Shown: positions 6,803-16,311 of the stretch, piece after piece
Layout of the letters: every line of letters starts with the position of its first letter
How positions within the stretch are numbered: the stretch's first letter is position 1
Assembly: GCA_965242925.1 (NCBI GenBank)
Contig: CBDEUM010000029.1
Coordinates: 1 to 64,000, forward strand
Length of the DNA stretch: 64,000 bases
Direction: 5' to 3'
Origin: Roseibacillus sp.
Lineage (GTDB): Bacteria; Verrucomicrobiota; Verrucomicrobiia; Verrucomicrobiales; Akkermansiaceae
Made by a program: the position numbers and the translations under genes
Notes under the pieces: generated by a model
Seen by the model: the letters and a program-made list of their open reading frames with translations, nothing else
Told to the model about the DNA's origin: nothing
The model's database searches: none

Positions 6803-9751
6803 ATGCGCTACGCCATCTTCTCAGACGTTCACGCCAACAGGCAGGCGTGGGAGGCCGTGCGGGAGGATATTATCAAACAGGAGGCTGACACCCTTGTGTG
6901 CCTCGGGGATGTGGTGGGCTATGGCCCGAGGCCTCTCGAAGTGCTGGCCGCGCTACGCGCTGTCACGGCCAACTTCGTTCTGGGAAACCACGATGCCGCT
7001 GCCTGCGGGCGTCTCGATCCGGCCATTTTCAACGAGCGGGCGCGCACCGTGATTGAGTGGACCCGCCAGCAACTTGATGAGGAAGCCCTGCAGTTTCTCA
7101 TGCAGGTTCCGCTCCAGATGGACGGGCAGGATTTGTGTTTCGTGCACGCCGAGATCGTGGAACCGGGTGAGTTCGGTTACGTCGAAGGGATCTCTGCGGC
7201 TGAAGTGAACCTGAAGGCAATGACGGGTTCACTGGGATTCATCGGCCACACCCACCTGCCTCTCGCTTACACCATGCCGGTGCGGGGCGGTCCGGTGAAG
7301 CAACTGCCTCCACACGATTTCCCGGTGGAGCGCGGACAGCGATATATCATCAACGTGGGCTCGGTGGGTGAACCCCGGACCACGGATGTGCGGGCCAGCT
7401 ATGTCATCTACGATGATGTGGCGGGCACGGTTTCCTACCGCAGGGTGGCCTTCGACGTGGAGGCCTACAAGGCGGACCTGGCCGAGAGCGATCTCGATAT
7501 CCTGCCTTATTTCGTGCAGGTGGTTGATGCCGGCAAGGTGGCGGGCGCGCCTCAGCCTGCGGCCGCGCCCCAGCTGGCTCTGGCCCAGCTTCCCAAGGTG
7601 GCCGAGGGGGTGGCCGGTGGTCACGGCCGCCTGGTGGTGGGAAGGCCTAACCCGGGAGCCCGCCCGCCCGGGGTTGCCCCGATAACGGTCTCGCGTTCAC
7701 GTTCCAGTGCGCCCTGGGTGATTGGAATCGCAGCCCTGGTGACCATCCTGCTCGTTGTCATTGCGATCGCGGTGATGCAGGATGGCCCTGGCAAGGCCGT
7801 CATATCCGCGTCAGTAGCGAGGACCACCGAGAACGAGAAGGGGCGTCGCAGCCCGGGCTCGCCCGGAGCAGCTGACCAGGCTGAGGCCGGGGGCCCCATT
7901 CGCGACCTGGTGGTTCGGCGGTTCGGGAAAAATTTCCAGAGCCTGGCCGAACTGCGTAGCGCAGGGGGCGAAGAGCATACCGAGGAAAAGGTTGGCGACG
8001 GCCTGCTCAATCTCGTGCATGGAGGACAGGAAGCCTGCGGACTGGTATGGGAGGGCTACCTGCGGGTTCCTGAGAAGGGCTTCTATGAATTCACGCTCCA
8101 AGCCTCCTCCGGTGCGGCCCTTGTGATCTACGAAGAGGAGCAGGTGCTCTCCGAGTCCGGGTCTCTTGCCTCGGCACGCGTCCTTTTGCGTCGTGGACAT
8201 GCGCCTGTCCGGGTGGAGTACTTCCAGCGGGAGGGAGAGTCCGGGCCTGCCCTGACCCTTCACTGGTCCGGTCCAGGGCTGGATGGAAAGCTCTCGCTGG
8301 TGAGGAGGGGTGTCAGCAAGGGCGTGGCGATTGCCAGGAACGATTCTCCGGCACCAGACCCGGTTGAGCCTGAGCCCGCCCCTGAGCCGGTGGCGGGGCG
8401 GGAAGCGCCGGAGAAGATCTCACAGGGGCTGTTCGCTTACTGGTCCTTTAACCGGCGGGAGCCCAAGGCGAATTCGCGATTCACCAGGACCAGTCGCGGA
8501 GTTGAGGAGAAGCTTATCATGAAAGGCCAGCCCCTGCGCTACCGCCGGCCGGCCGCTGATCCCGGGAGTCGCGGGTGGACCAGATCCGGGTTCGATGATT
8601 CGGTCGATTGGCTCGATGGGAAAAATGGGGTCGGCTACGAGGACGACGCTGGCGATTTCAAGGACCTTCTCCACACCAGGATCGAGACAGCCAAGGGGAA
8701 GCATCCGCACAGTCTCTACCTGCGGATCCCGTTCGAGGTGAAGAACCCCGACGACTATCAGGGGCTGGCACTCTTCATGCAGTACGACGATGGATTCGAG
8801 GTCTCCCTGAATGGATCAGTGGTGGGCAGCCGGAACGCACCCTTTCCCCTCCTATGGAACTCCGGGGCCGAAAAGAAGAGGAACGACGGGGACGCCGTCA
8901 AGCCCGAGGCCGTGAAGCTCGGGACCCGCCGGATCCAGTCGCTGGTCCCGGGCACCAACGTGCTGGCCGTCCATGCCCTCAATGACGGGGAGCAGAGCAA
9001 ACCCAATGCAACAAATACCGGCTGCACCAGCAGTGACATGCTGATCCTGGCTGAACTCGTTGGCCTGCGGAAAGATGGTGAGCTGCCCGGGGAGGATGGA
9101 CCCGGAAAACCGAACAGGCACGACCGCGTGATCGAGGAGGCCATGATCAAGGGCCAGGTGAGCGCGGCGCCCGGAAAATTTGGAGAGGCCTTCGATTTCC
9201 AGGGAGGCAGCCTGGACATCGGGAGCAAGGACGAGTTCGCAATTGCGGATCAGTCCTGCACCGTCAGCCTCTGGTTCACCCGCAATCCCGGTTCCGCCGA
9301 TGGCCAGGCCCGCCGGCTCATTTCGGCGGGGGCAGGCTCAGACCAGAAGGCCGGATGGGCAATATGGATCCAGAAGGATGGCAGTGGTCTCACCTTTCGG
9401 GTGGGTGATGGCAATACGGCTTCTGACCTTACGGCCAAGAAGGACAGCCTCGTGAACGGGGAGTGGCACCACGTGGCGGTTACGGTGGAACGTGAGAGCA
9501 GGCAGCTACACCTCTTCCTCGACGGGGTGCTCGCGGGCGAGGCCCTCAAGGTCGATCTCCTGGCAGGCGGGACCATCGGATCTCATTCAGGACTCTGCAT
9601 CGGGCGCAACTCCGACGACCAGCAGCACCATCCTGGCAAGATCGACGATGTGGCCCTGTGGCACCGGGCCCTGCTGCCTGAGGAGATAGAAAAGATCTTC
9701 CAGTCCGGGGAAGCAGCGGGCGATTTATTTGATGCCGAGCCGGCGGAGTAG
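6803..9751 (+). CDS. Metallophosphoesterase - TM - PA14 - jelly-roll - LamG multidomain membrane protein
   Basis: Calcineurin-like motifs SDVH, LGDVVGYG, GNHD, GHTH, NVGSVGEPR. One hydrophobic helix WVIGIAALVTILLVVIAIAVM. PA14-like WEGYLRVPEKGFYEF...VEYFQREG. LamG-like TVSLWF...WHHVAVT...LFLDG...IDDVALWHRAL. Confidence 0.85.
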   Translation: MRYAIFSDVHANRQAWEAVREDIIKQEADTLVCLGDVVGYGPRPLEVLAALRAVTANFVLGNHDAAACGRLDPAIFNERARTVIEWTRQQLDEEALQFLMQVPLQMDGQDLCFVHAEIVEPGEFGYVEGISAAEVNLKAMTGSLGFIGHTHLPLAYTMPVRGGPVKQLPPHDFPVERGQRYIINVGSVGEPRTTDVRASYVIYDDVAGTVSYRRVAFDVEAYKADLAESDLDILPYFVQVVDAGKVAGAPQPAAAPQLALAQLPKVAEGVAGGHGRLVVGRPNPGARPPGVAPITVSRSRSSAPWVIGIAALVTILLVVIAIAVMQDGPGKAVISASVARTTENEKGRRSPGSPGAADQAEAGGPIRDLVVRRFGKNFQSLAELRSAGGEEHTEEKVGDGLLNLVHGGQEACGLVWEGYLRVPEKGFYEFTLQASSGAALVIYEEEQVLSESGSLASARVLLRRGHAPVRVEYFQREGESGPALTLHWSGPGLDGKLSLVRRGVSKGVAIARNDSPAPDPVEPEPAPEPVAGREAPEKISQGLFAYWSFNRREPKANSRFTRTSRGVEEKLIMKGQPLRYRRPAADPGSRGWTRSGFDDSVDWLDGKNGVGYEDDAGDFKDLLHTRIETAKGKHPHSLYLRIPFEVKNPDDYQGLALFMQYDDGFEVSLNGSVVGSRNAPFPLLWNSGAEKKRNDGDAVKPEAVKLGTRRIQSLVPGTNVLAVHALNDGEQSKPNATNTGCTSSDMLILAELVGLRKDGELPGEDGPGKPNRHDRVIEEAMIKGQVSAAPGKFGEAFDFQGGSLDIGSKDEFAIADQSCTVSLWFTRNPGSADGQARRLISAGAGSDQKAGWAIWIQKDGSGLTFRVGDGNTASDLTAKKDSLVNGEWHHVAVTVERESRQLHLFLDGVLAGEALKVDLLAGGTIGSHSGLCIGRNSDDQQHHPGKIDDVALWHRALLPEEIEKIFQSGEAAGDLFDAEPAE

Positions 9752-9772
9752 TTCGCGGGGGGGCACCCCGCT

Positions 9773-11299
9773 TTACCGGGCCCGGTAGGCCCACAGGTGC
9801 CGCACGCCCCGCAGGTAGATCGTATTCCCATCCAGGGCAGGGGTGACGGAAGCCTCCTCGGGGAGTTGGAACCGGTGCACCAGTTCAAACGTTTCGCCAG
9901 CCTTGACCACCGAGAGGGTTCCCTCGTCGGAGAGGAGATAGAGATGACCGCCGGCAGCCACCGGTGAAGCACTGTACTGGCCGGTGCCCCCGAGCCGGCC
10001 GCGATAACTCAGTCCGCCCTTGTCCGGATCGACGGCGGCCAGGGTGCCGCCGTTGCGGACCATGTAGATCCGGTCCCGGTAAAAGAGCGGGGAGGGAATC
10101 TCAGGAACGCTGCGATTAAGCTCCCAGGCGATGTGCTCTCGGCCCAGTTCCCCACGTCCGCCGGGCTTGATGGCCATGAGGATGGGCTTCCCCGGCCGGT
10201 TGGAGATATGAGCGGCCAGTTCTTCCTCGGTCCAGAGATCGTCGCGGTTCTTGTCCGCCCAGCCGAAGATGCCCTGCTGGCGTTGTTGGCGACGCCCCGG
10301 ATCGGCGGGAAGGGGGATTCCCCAACCGGGGTGCCCGAGTGGCAGCTCCGGTCTGAGCGGCCAGGTGAATTGTTCGGTGATTTCGTCACGGCCGAACTTG
10401 CCGTCCCCGTTGCGGTCAAACTTGAGCATGGCCTTCCAGAAGGGCTTGGGATCAATCTCAGCATCAGAGACGCCCCCGAGTTGAGCCGAAGAGAGGTAGA
10501 CCTTTCCATTTCCCTGGACCGGGACCGCGATGGTTTCACGGGAGAATCCCTTCGCGAACCACTTCTCCCGGCCGTTGGCCGGGTCATAGCTGACCACCCG
10601 GCCATGGCCGAGGACGACGAGTTCGTCAGCCTCCTGGTGTCTCCAGATGGTCGGGGTCGACCAGCCACTGCGCAGAAAGGGGCGGGCCGTCTCCCACGCG
10701 GTTTCACCGGTCGCCCGCTTGAGGGCGACAATTCTCGATTTGCTCAGTCTGCTCTTCTGCAGGTTGGCATCGTCGTCAATGACCAGGATCAGGAGATCCT
10801 TGTAGGAGATGGGGGAGGTGGAAGGGCCATAGAGGCTTCGTGGTGTCGGGAGAGGTTTCTTCCAGACTTCCGTTCCATCGTGGCGGTAGGCGAGGAGCCC
10901 GTAGGATCCGAAGTAGACGTAGACATTCTCCGCATCAGCCAGAGCGGATGGTGAGGCCGGCGTGTTGGCCTTGTGGACCTTCTGGATGGGGGCCTCGGGA
11001 ACGGCCCGTCGCCAGAGCTCCCGGCCGTCCCGGCGGTCAATCGCGATGGTCAAGAGGCGGCGCTGTTCGACCGCGGTGAGAAAGAGGCGATCACCGGCGA
11101 GAACGGGAGAGGAGAGTCCGGGAGGGATGGGGGTCTTCCACACCAGGTTGGCGGGTCCGATCTCCACGGGTGGCTTGGAGTTCTCCGCCACCCCGGAACC
11201 TCCGGGCCCACGGAACTGGGTCCAGTTCGTCTCATCAGCAATAGTCAGGTCCGGGCCCAGGAAGAGTATGAGCACGACAGCGAGGGAAACACGCGTCAT
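9773..11299 (-). CDS. PQQ-like (BamB-type) beta-propeller protein with EF-hand-like insert
   Basis: Start moved to ATG 11299 (RBS GGAGG, signal peptide); NWTQFRGPGGSG, SSPVL, WSTPTI, ASPV; insert with DRNGDGKFGRDE and DKNRDDLWTEEE. Confidence 0.85.
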   Translation of the reverse strand: MTRVSLAVVLILFLGPDLTIADETNWTQFRGPGGSGVAENSKPPVEIGPANLVWKTPIPPGLSSPVLAGDRLFLTAVEQRRLLTIAIDRRDGRELWRRAVPEAPIQKVHKANTPASPSALADAENVYVYFGSYGLLAYRHDGTEVWKKPLPTPRSLYGPSTSPISYKDLLILVIDDDANLQKSRLSKSRIVALKRATGETAWETARPFLRSGWSTPTIWRHQEADELVVLGHGRVVSYDPANGREKWFAKGFSRETIAVPVQGNGKVYLSSAQLGGVSDAEIDPKPFWKAMLKFDRNGDGKFGRDEITEQFTWPLRPELPLGHPGWGIPLPADPGRRQQRQQGIFGWADKNRDDLWTEEELAAHISNRPGKPILMAIKPGGRGELGREHIAWELNRSVPEIPSPLFYRDRIYMVRNGGTLAAVDPDKGGLSYRGRLGGTGQYSASPVAAGGHLYLLSDEGTLSVVKAGETFELVHRFQLPEEASVTPALDGNTIYLRGVRHLWAYRAR

Positions 11300-11388
11300 C
11301 ACGACGAAATCTTCCCCTCCATGGGGGGGGAACCAAGCAGATTCTTGGAGTTCCTTCAGGGAAGTCCCGTCAGGAAGGTTTTTCCCGC

Positions 11389-12690
11389 TCAGTCCCGGCT
11401 GCGTATCCGTTGCTGTGCTTCCTCGGAGAGGCCACTGCCAGTCAGCCACTCCGCAGCAGCCTGATTTTGATGCCGGAAGTAGTGCCGTCCTGTCTTGATC
11501 AGGGCTTCTTCGCGGTGCCCCGGATCTGCGATGGCTTCGGCCCAGGAAATCGCGGTGACCGGATCTTCGTGCATGATGCGGGAAGCGAAGCCCCCCAGTG
11601 CCGAGTCCCGCTCCGGGGAGCGGGGCATGTCGTTGAGATAATTCCCGGCGGCCTCGGGATCACGACTGGCCCAGGAGCGGAAGGCGGAACCGAAGCCCTC
11701 TGTGCGTCCCTCGCTTGTAGGCAGCGACTCCAGCCACTGGATGGTGGCCTGGGGATCACGGTTGGCCCAGTCACGACTGACCTGATCAACCACCCGCTCT
11801 CCTCCTGGTTGTTCATTCAAGCCGGCGGCCCACTCTGCGGCGAACTCCGGATCGTCCTTTACGAACTTACCGGCGAGGTGTTCCCGGGAAAAGGCCCGGA
11901 GCCTGTCGTCAGCGATGGCCTCGACCCAGGCGGCGGCCTCGGCGGGAGGGCTGCCACGCAGAACCTCGCTGGTAACAACGTGGGTCATGCGCTTGAGAGT
12001 ATTCTTATCCTGCCCGCCCCGCCGCAGTACGAATTCCAGGGCGGTCCCGGGGTTGGCATGAGCGAGGCCGAACAGAGCGCCCCATTTGAGGCTGTTGTGA
12101 TCCAGGCCCTCCAGTTTCCTGGCGCCCTCGTACCAGGTCATCGCGGCCGTAGGATCGGCGCTGGCCCAGCCCGCAAAGGTGGCAGCCATGTCCTGCTCGG
12201 CAGTGTCCTTCCCGTGTAGCACGGCGGCCTCCCCTGCCAGGGCGCCCCAGGCGTAGTGGAACTCGCGGAACTCGGAACTGTTTTCCGAAAGGTGCTCAAT
12301 TTGAGCACGGATCAGGCGGCCGTTTTCAGAAGTCAAACCCTCCAGCAGTCGGGAGAAGGTAAGACGGCGCTCAATAGGGTTGCTGTTTGCCTTGAAGGCT
12401 TTCCCGAGAGCCAGGATCTCCTGGGCGGTAAGGGCTCCCACTGTATGGCGCAGGAGATTTCCCTTTTCCGGACCTGAGAGAGCAGAAGAGTTGCCATGGA
12501 GAGGCGTCTGCCCTGTGCCGGAGTTTCGCTCGCCCCGTAACGCGGTGCTCTTGGCAGAACCGCCGGAGGTGGAGGTGTTGGCTACGTCCCGCCGCCCCGT
12601 GATTGCACCCGGAAAGTAGTGGGACCCGAGGACGAAGGCAGCGATGGTCGCACATGTCCAGAATCCGTGAACCAGCGGGGTCTTTGGCAT
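11389..12690 (-). CDS. Hypothetical protein with N-terminal anchor and helical repeats (WAxxDPxAAxxW)
   Basis: Repeated WASADPTAAMTW, WANRDPQATIQW, WASRDPEAAGNY; promoter TTGAAG-17-TAGGGT ends 5 nt before the ATG. Confidence 0.75.
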   Translation of the reverse strand: MPKTPLVHGFWTCATIAAFVLGSHYFPGAITGRRDVANTSTSGGSAKSTALRGERNSGTGQTPLHGNSSALSGPEKGNLLRHTVGALTAQEILALGKAFKANSNPIERRLTFSRLLEGLTSENGRLIRAQIEHLSENSSEFREFHYAWGALAGEAAVLHGKDTAEQDMAATFAGWASADPTAAMTWYEGARKLEGLDHNSLKWGALFGLAHANPGTALEFVLRRGGQDKNTLKRMTHVVTSEVLRGSPPAEAAAWVEAIADDRLRAFSREHLAGKFVKDDPEFAAEWAAGLNEQPGGERVVDQVSRDWANRDPQATIQWLESLPTSEGRTEGFGSAFRSWASRDPEAAGNYLNDMPRSPERDSALGGFASRIMHEDPVTAISWAEAIADPGHREEALIKTGRHYFRHQNQAAAEWLTGSGLSEEAQQRIRSRD

Positions 12691-12695
12691 GCTTG

Positions 12696-12724
12696 ACCCT
12701 ACAACGGCAGGAGGGACTCTTCAA
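12696..12724 (-). promoter_or_regulatory. Sigma70-type promoter, probably leaderless
   Basis: On - strand TTGAAG (12724-12719), 17 nt, TAGGGT (12701-12696), 5 nt, ATG. Confidence 0.5.
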
Positions 12725-13257
12725 TGCTGTCTTGGGATTAACAGGAACAGTCTGCCAAATCCGGTCAGATTTGCAGGAAAGATGGTATCGGTTTCTCCGG
12801 AGAACAAGGTAGTGGCAGCATGCTGTTTCCTAACATCATTAATATTTGATGACTGGCGAGACAGATATGCGATTGGATCGCCGGGGGGGCAGGGCCACCT
12901 AACAGAATCTAACAGTTTCCTTTTCCGGGTCAGGCGCGGCAGGACCTCTCCGGGGGGAAATGATTGGCAGGGAGGGGAAAAGCGGTCCTGTTCACACCCG
13001 GGACCAGATCCCGCGGACATTCGTCGGCGGGTCTTTTGCGCGTCCTGACTGGATGGACAGGTCCGGGCAATGACCTGGACGTCCGTTGTTTTTGAGCGGC
13101 TAACGCCGCGTGGGAAGGTCCCCACACGGGCGGGTGGCCGGAGGATGACAGTTTTGTGGGGATTCCACTCGCCGAGGGACGTCATTATTTCAATGATTCC
13201 TTCAGGTCTCGGCGAAAGTCTGAGCACCCTGGCGCCGTATAAGTTGTCACTCTTTCC

Positions 13258-14787
13258 GTGAAAATGATGTCCTCTTTCCTCCCCGTTCTTGCATGTGGTT
13301 TTTTCTTTCTTTCATCACTCCAGAGCGGGGCGGTTCCCTGGCCCGAGTGGGGAGGTAGTCCGGACAAGAACATGGTCTCCGCTGAAAAGGGCCTGCTGGT
13401 CATGATCTCGGGCGGGGAGGAATTTGAGGACAGGGAGGGCGAGATCAATCCCGCCACCGCCGAGGGGTGTAAGTGGGTGGTCGCCCTCGGCACGGAGGCT
13501 TACGGGACGCCTACCATCGGCAATGGGCTGGTCCTGGTGGGAACCAATAACGAGAATCCGAGGAACCCATCAATTGTGGGTGACCGGGGGGTGGTCATGG
13601 CATTCCGTGAAAAGGACGGTGCGTTCGTGTGGCAATTGACCGTGCCCAAGCTGCCGGGAGGTGACGAGGTGGACTGGGAGTACCTTGGGATCTGCTCCTC
13701 CACTCTCATCGATGGTGACCGAGGTTATGTCATGACCAATCGTGGCGAGGTGACCTGTCTGGACCTGAAAGGGCTGGCAGATGGGAACCAGGGTTTTGGG
13801 GGCGAGGGCCAGTATATGGCCGGTCCGGGCAAGAAGCCCCATAAGCCGGGTCCGACTGATGCCGACATCCTGTGGACCTATGACATGATGAAGTCCCTGG
13901 GAGTGGTGCCGCACAATATCACCAGTAGTTCAGTGGCTCTGGCGAATGGCAGGATTATTTCCACCACGTCGAACGGCCTCGATGAAGAACACGAACACAA
14001 CTCGACCCCCGATGCTCCCTGTCTGATTTCCCTCGATGCCGTCACCGGCAAACTCAGGAACGTGGAGCAGGCTGGAATCGCAAAAGCGACCATGCATTGC
14101 AACTGGTCGTCGCCCTGTATCGGCCGGCACGGGGGACAACCCGCGGTTTTCTTCGGGGGCGGGGACGGCTTCCTGCATGCCTTTGATCTTGATGGGGAAC
14201 AAACGGCGAAGGGGCGCAGGACCCTCAAGGAGCTTTGGCGGATCGATGCCAACGCAGCTGACTACCGGGTCGACGAGAAGGGGAAGCCCCGCGAGTATCC
14301 CTCCTACAAGGGTCCCAGCGAGATCGTGGGGACGCCCGTTTATCACGAGGGCAAGGTCTATGTCACCATCGGACAGGACCCCGAGAACGGTGACGGGGTG
14401 GGCATGTTGAGTTGTGTCGATGCGGAGACCGGGAAGGCGGACTGGACCTACCGGAAGATCAATCGCTCACTCTCCACACCCTCGGTCAAGGACGGCCTGG
14501 TCTACGTGGCCGACTTCACCGGGCAGGTGCACTGCGTCGACACCAGGACCGGCAAGCCCGTCTGGGTTCACGATACCCTGAGCCGGATCTGGGGCTCCAC
14601 CCTGGTGGTTGACGGCAGGATCTATATCGGAACCGAGGATGGGGAGGTGGTCATCCTGAAGGAGGGGCGAAAACTTGAGGAGATCGGTATCGCTGAGTTC
14701 TCGGGGCCCATCTATTCCAGCCTGGTGGCCGCCAACAGCACTCTCTATGTCCAGACGCAGAATCACCTCTACGCCTTCGGGAAGTAG
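13258..14787 (+). CDS. PQQ-like beta-propeller protein
   Basis: Signal peptide; [48 protein letters not shown] repeats. Confidence 0.85.
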   Translation: MKMMSSFLPVLACGFFFLSSLQSGAVPWPEWGGSPDKNMVSAEKGLLVMISGGEEFEDREGEINPATAEGCKWVVALGTEAYGTPTIGNGLVLVGTNNENPRNPSIVGDRGVVMAFREKDGAFVWQLTVPKLPGGDEVDWEYLGICSSTLIDGDRGYVMTNRGEVTCLDLKGLADGNQGFGGEGQYMAGPGKKPHKPGPTDADILWTYDMMKSLGVVPHNITSSSVALANGRIISTTSNGLDEEHEHNSTPDAPCLISLDAVTGKLRNVEQAGIAKATMHCNWSSPCIGRHGGQPAVFFGGGDGFLHAFDLDGEQTAKGRRTLKELWRIDANAADYRVDEKGKPREYPSYKGPSEIVGTPVYHEGKVYVTIGQDPENGDGVGMLSCVDAETGKADWTYRKINRSLSTPSVKDGLVYVADFTGQVHCVDTRTGKPVWVHDTLSRIWGSTLVVDGRIYIGTEDGEVVILKEGRKLEEIGIAEFSGPIYSSLVAANSTLYVQTQNHLYAFGK

Positions 14788-14805
14788 GAAAGGGGCCCCG
14801 GTGTA

Positions 14806-16092
14806 TTACCGGGCACGGATACCGTAGAGGGCCTTCTTGGTGCGCACGATGAGGAGATCACCCGCAACGGCCGGTGATCCCATGCATCCGGCTTCCAGTT
14901 CGTTGGAGGAGATCACCTTGAAGGTCCTTTCGGCGGCAATGACGGTTCCCCTGCCGTTTTCGTCGAAGAGGTAGATCCTGCCGTCAACCAGGATGGGGGA
15001 GGCCGAGAAGTTTCCGCCAATGCGTTCCTTCCAGATTTCCACGCCGGTTTTGGCATCCAGGCAGGCCGCAACTCCGCCATCGTCGATCATGAAGAGAAGA
15101 TCCCCGTGCAGGAGGATGGACGGTTTCTTGGGAGCGGCCTTGTTGTAGGTCCACGCGACGTGACTCTTGCTGACGTGGCCCTTTCCGTCGGGGCGCACGG
15201 CGAGGAGGAGGCCCTTGCTGAAGCCCATGGTGGCGTAGACCAGCCCGTGGCCGGTGACCGGACGACAGGAGGTGGAATGGGTGCCAATCGTTTCCACCCG
15301 CCAGAGTTCCTTCCCGGTCATGGGTTCGTAGCCGTAGAGGGCCATCGCTCCGGCGCTTACGAGCAGGTCCCTGCCCTCCGCGGTCTTCACGATGAGCGGG
15401 GTGCCGTAGGCCTTGCGCATGTCGCCGCCCCGCTTGGGCTTTCCGTTGGCGTCGAGATCGCGGTAGTCGACACTGCGGGACGTGTTCCAGATGGTTTTTC
15501 CGGTTTTTTTATCCATGGCCACCACGAACTGATGGTCCGCGCCGTCAAAGTTGAGAATGAGGAAATCCTTGTAGAGAATGGGCGAGGAGCCGGCACCGCG
15601 GAAGTGATCGCAGGTGAAGTCGGTGCGCTTCCAGATCACCTCGCCATCCGAAGCCTTGAGACAGGCCGTATAGGGAGACCCGAAGGTGAGATAGACGAGG
15701 CCGTTCTCAAGGACCGGGGTGGGAGAGGCGTACGAATTGAAGGCGTGGCAGAATTGGGGTTTCTCCACTTTCCAGAGGAGCTTGTCGTAGAGAACCTTTC
15801 CGTTGGACTTGTCGAGGCAGACCACCGAGAGCTCGGTTCCTTTTGGATTGGCGTTGGTTATCCAGATACGGTTTCCCCAGACCACTGGCGATGACCAGGC
15901 TTTGCCTTCGACGGGTGTTTTCCAGGCAACGTTCTCCTGTTCGCTCCACTCGGTGGGCAGGTTCCTGGCTTCTGCATTTCCCTGTGCCCCCGGACCGCGA
16001 AAGCCCGTCCAATTCTCGACTGCCAAGGCGCTCAATCCGGTGAGAAGGGAGAAAGTGAAAGTGAGAGTCGAGAAACGGACTTGCATGGGCAT
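14806..16092 (-). CDS. PQQ-like beta-propeller protein
   Basis: Signal peptide; NWTGFRGPGAQG, WSSPVV, NSYASPTP, GSSPIL, FSASPI. Confidence 0.85.
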   Translation of the reverse strand: MPMQVRFSTLTFTFSLLTGLSALAVENWTGFRGPGAQGNAEARNLPTEWSEQENVAWKTPVEGKAWSSPVVWGNRIWITNANPKGTELSVVCLDKSNGKVLYDKLLWKVEKPQFCHAFNSYASPTPVLENGLVYLTFGSPYTACLKASDGEVIWKRTDFTCDHFRGAGSSPILYKDFLILNFDGADHQFVVAMDKKTGKTIWNTSRSVDYRDLDANGKPKRGGDMRKAYGTPLIVKTAEGRDLLVSAGAMALYGYEPMTGKELWRVETIGTHSTSCRPVTGHGLVYATMGFSKGLLLAVRPDGKGHVSKSHVAWTYNKAAPKKPSILLHGDLLFMIDDGGVAACLDAKTGVEIWKERIGGNFSASPILVDGRIYLFDENGRGTVIAAERTFKVISSNELEAGCMGSPAVAGDLLIVRTKKALYGIRAR

Positions 16093-16311
16093 GCTGCGAT
16101 CCTTGCCCGTCCCTAACTTTCGGTCAAAGGAGAAAACGAGAGTATGGCCAGGGATTGAACAGGGCTCATTCGACCCGCTCCGGGTGGCAGGCGCACGGTC
16201 CAGGATTGCTCAATCCCTTGGGTTCTCTTCGGTGTTCGACTTTGAAGATCGGCCTCGCTACCATTTGGACGACTTCAGTTTGGGCACTTTTTTGCTGAAC
16301 CCAGATCGATC

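Noticed and set aside
16148..16221. Inverted repeat CCAGGGATTGA / TCAATCCCTTGG between divergent genes
   Set aside because: Single imperfect stem with no T-tract, no recognised RNA motif and no other copy; not enough for a call.
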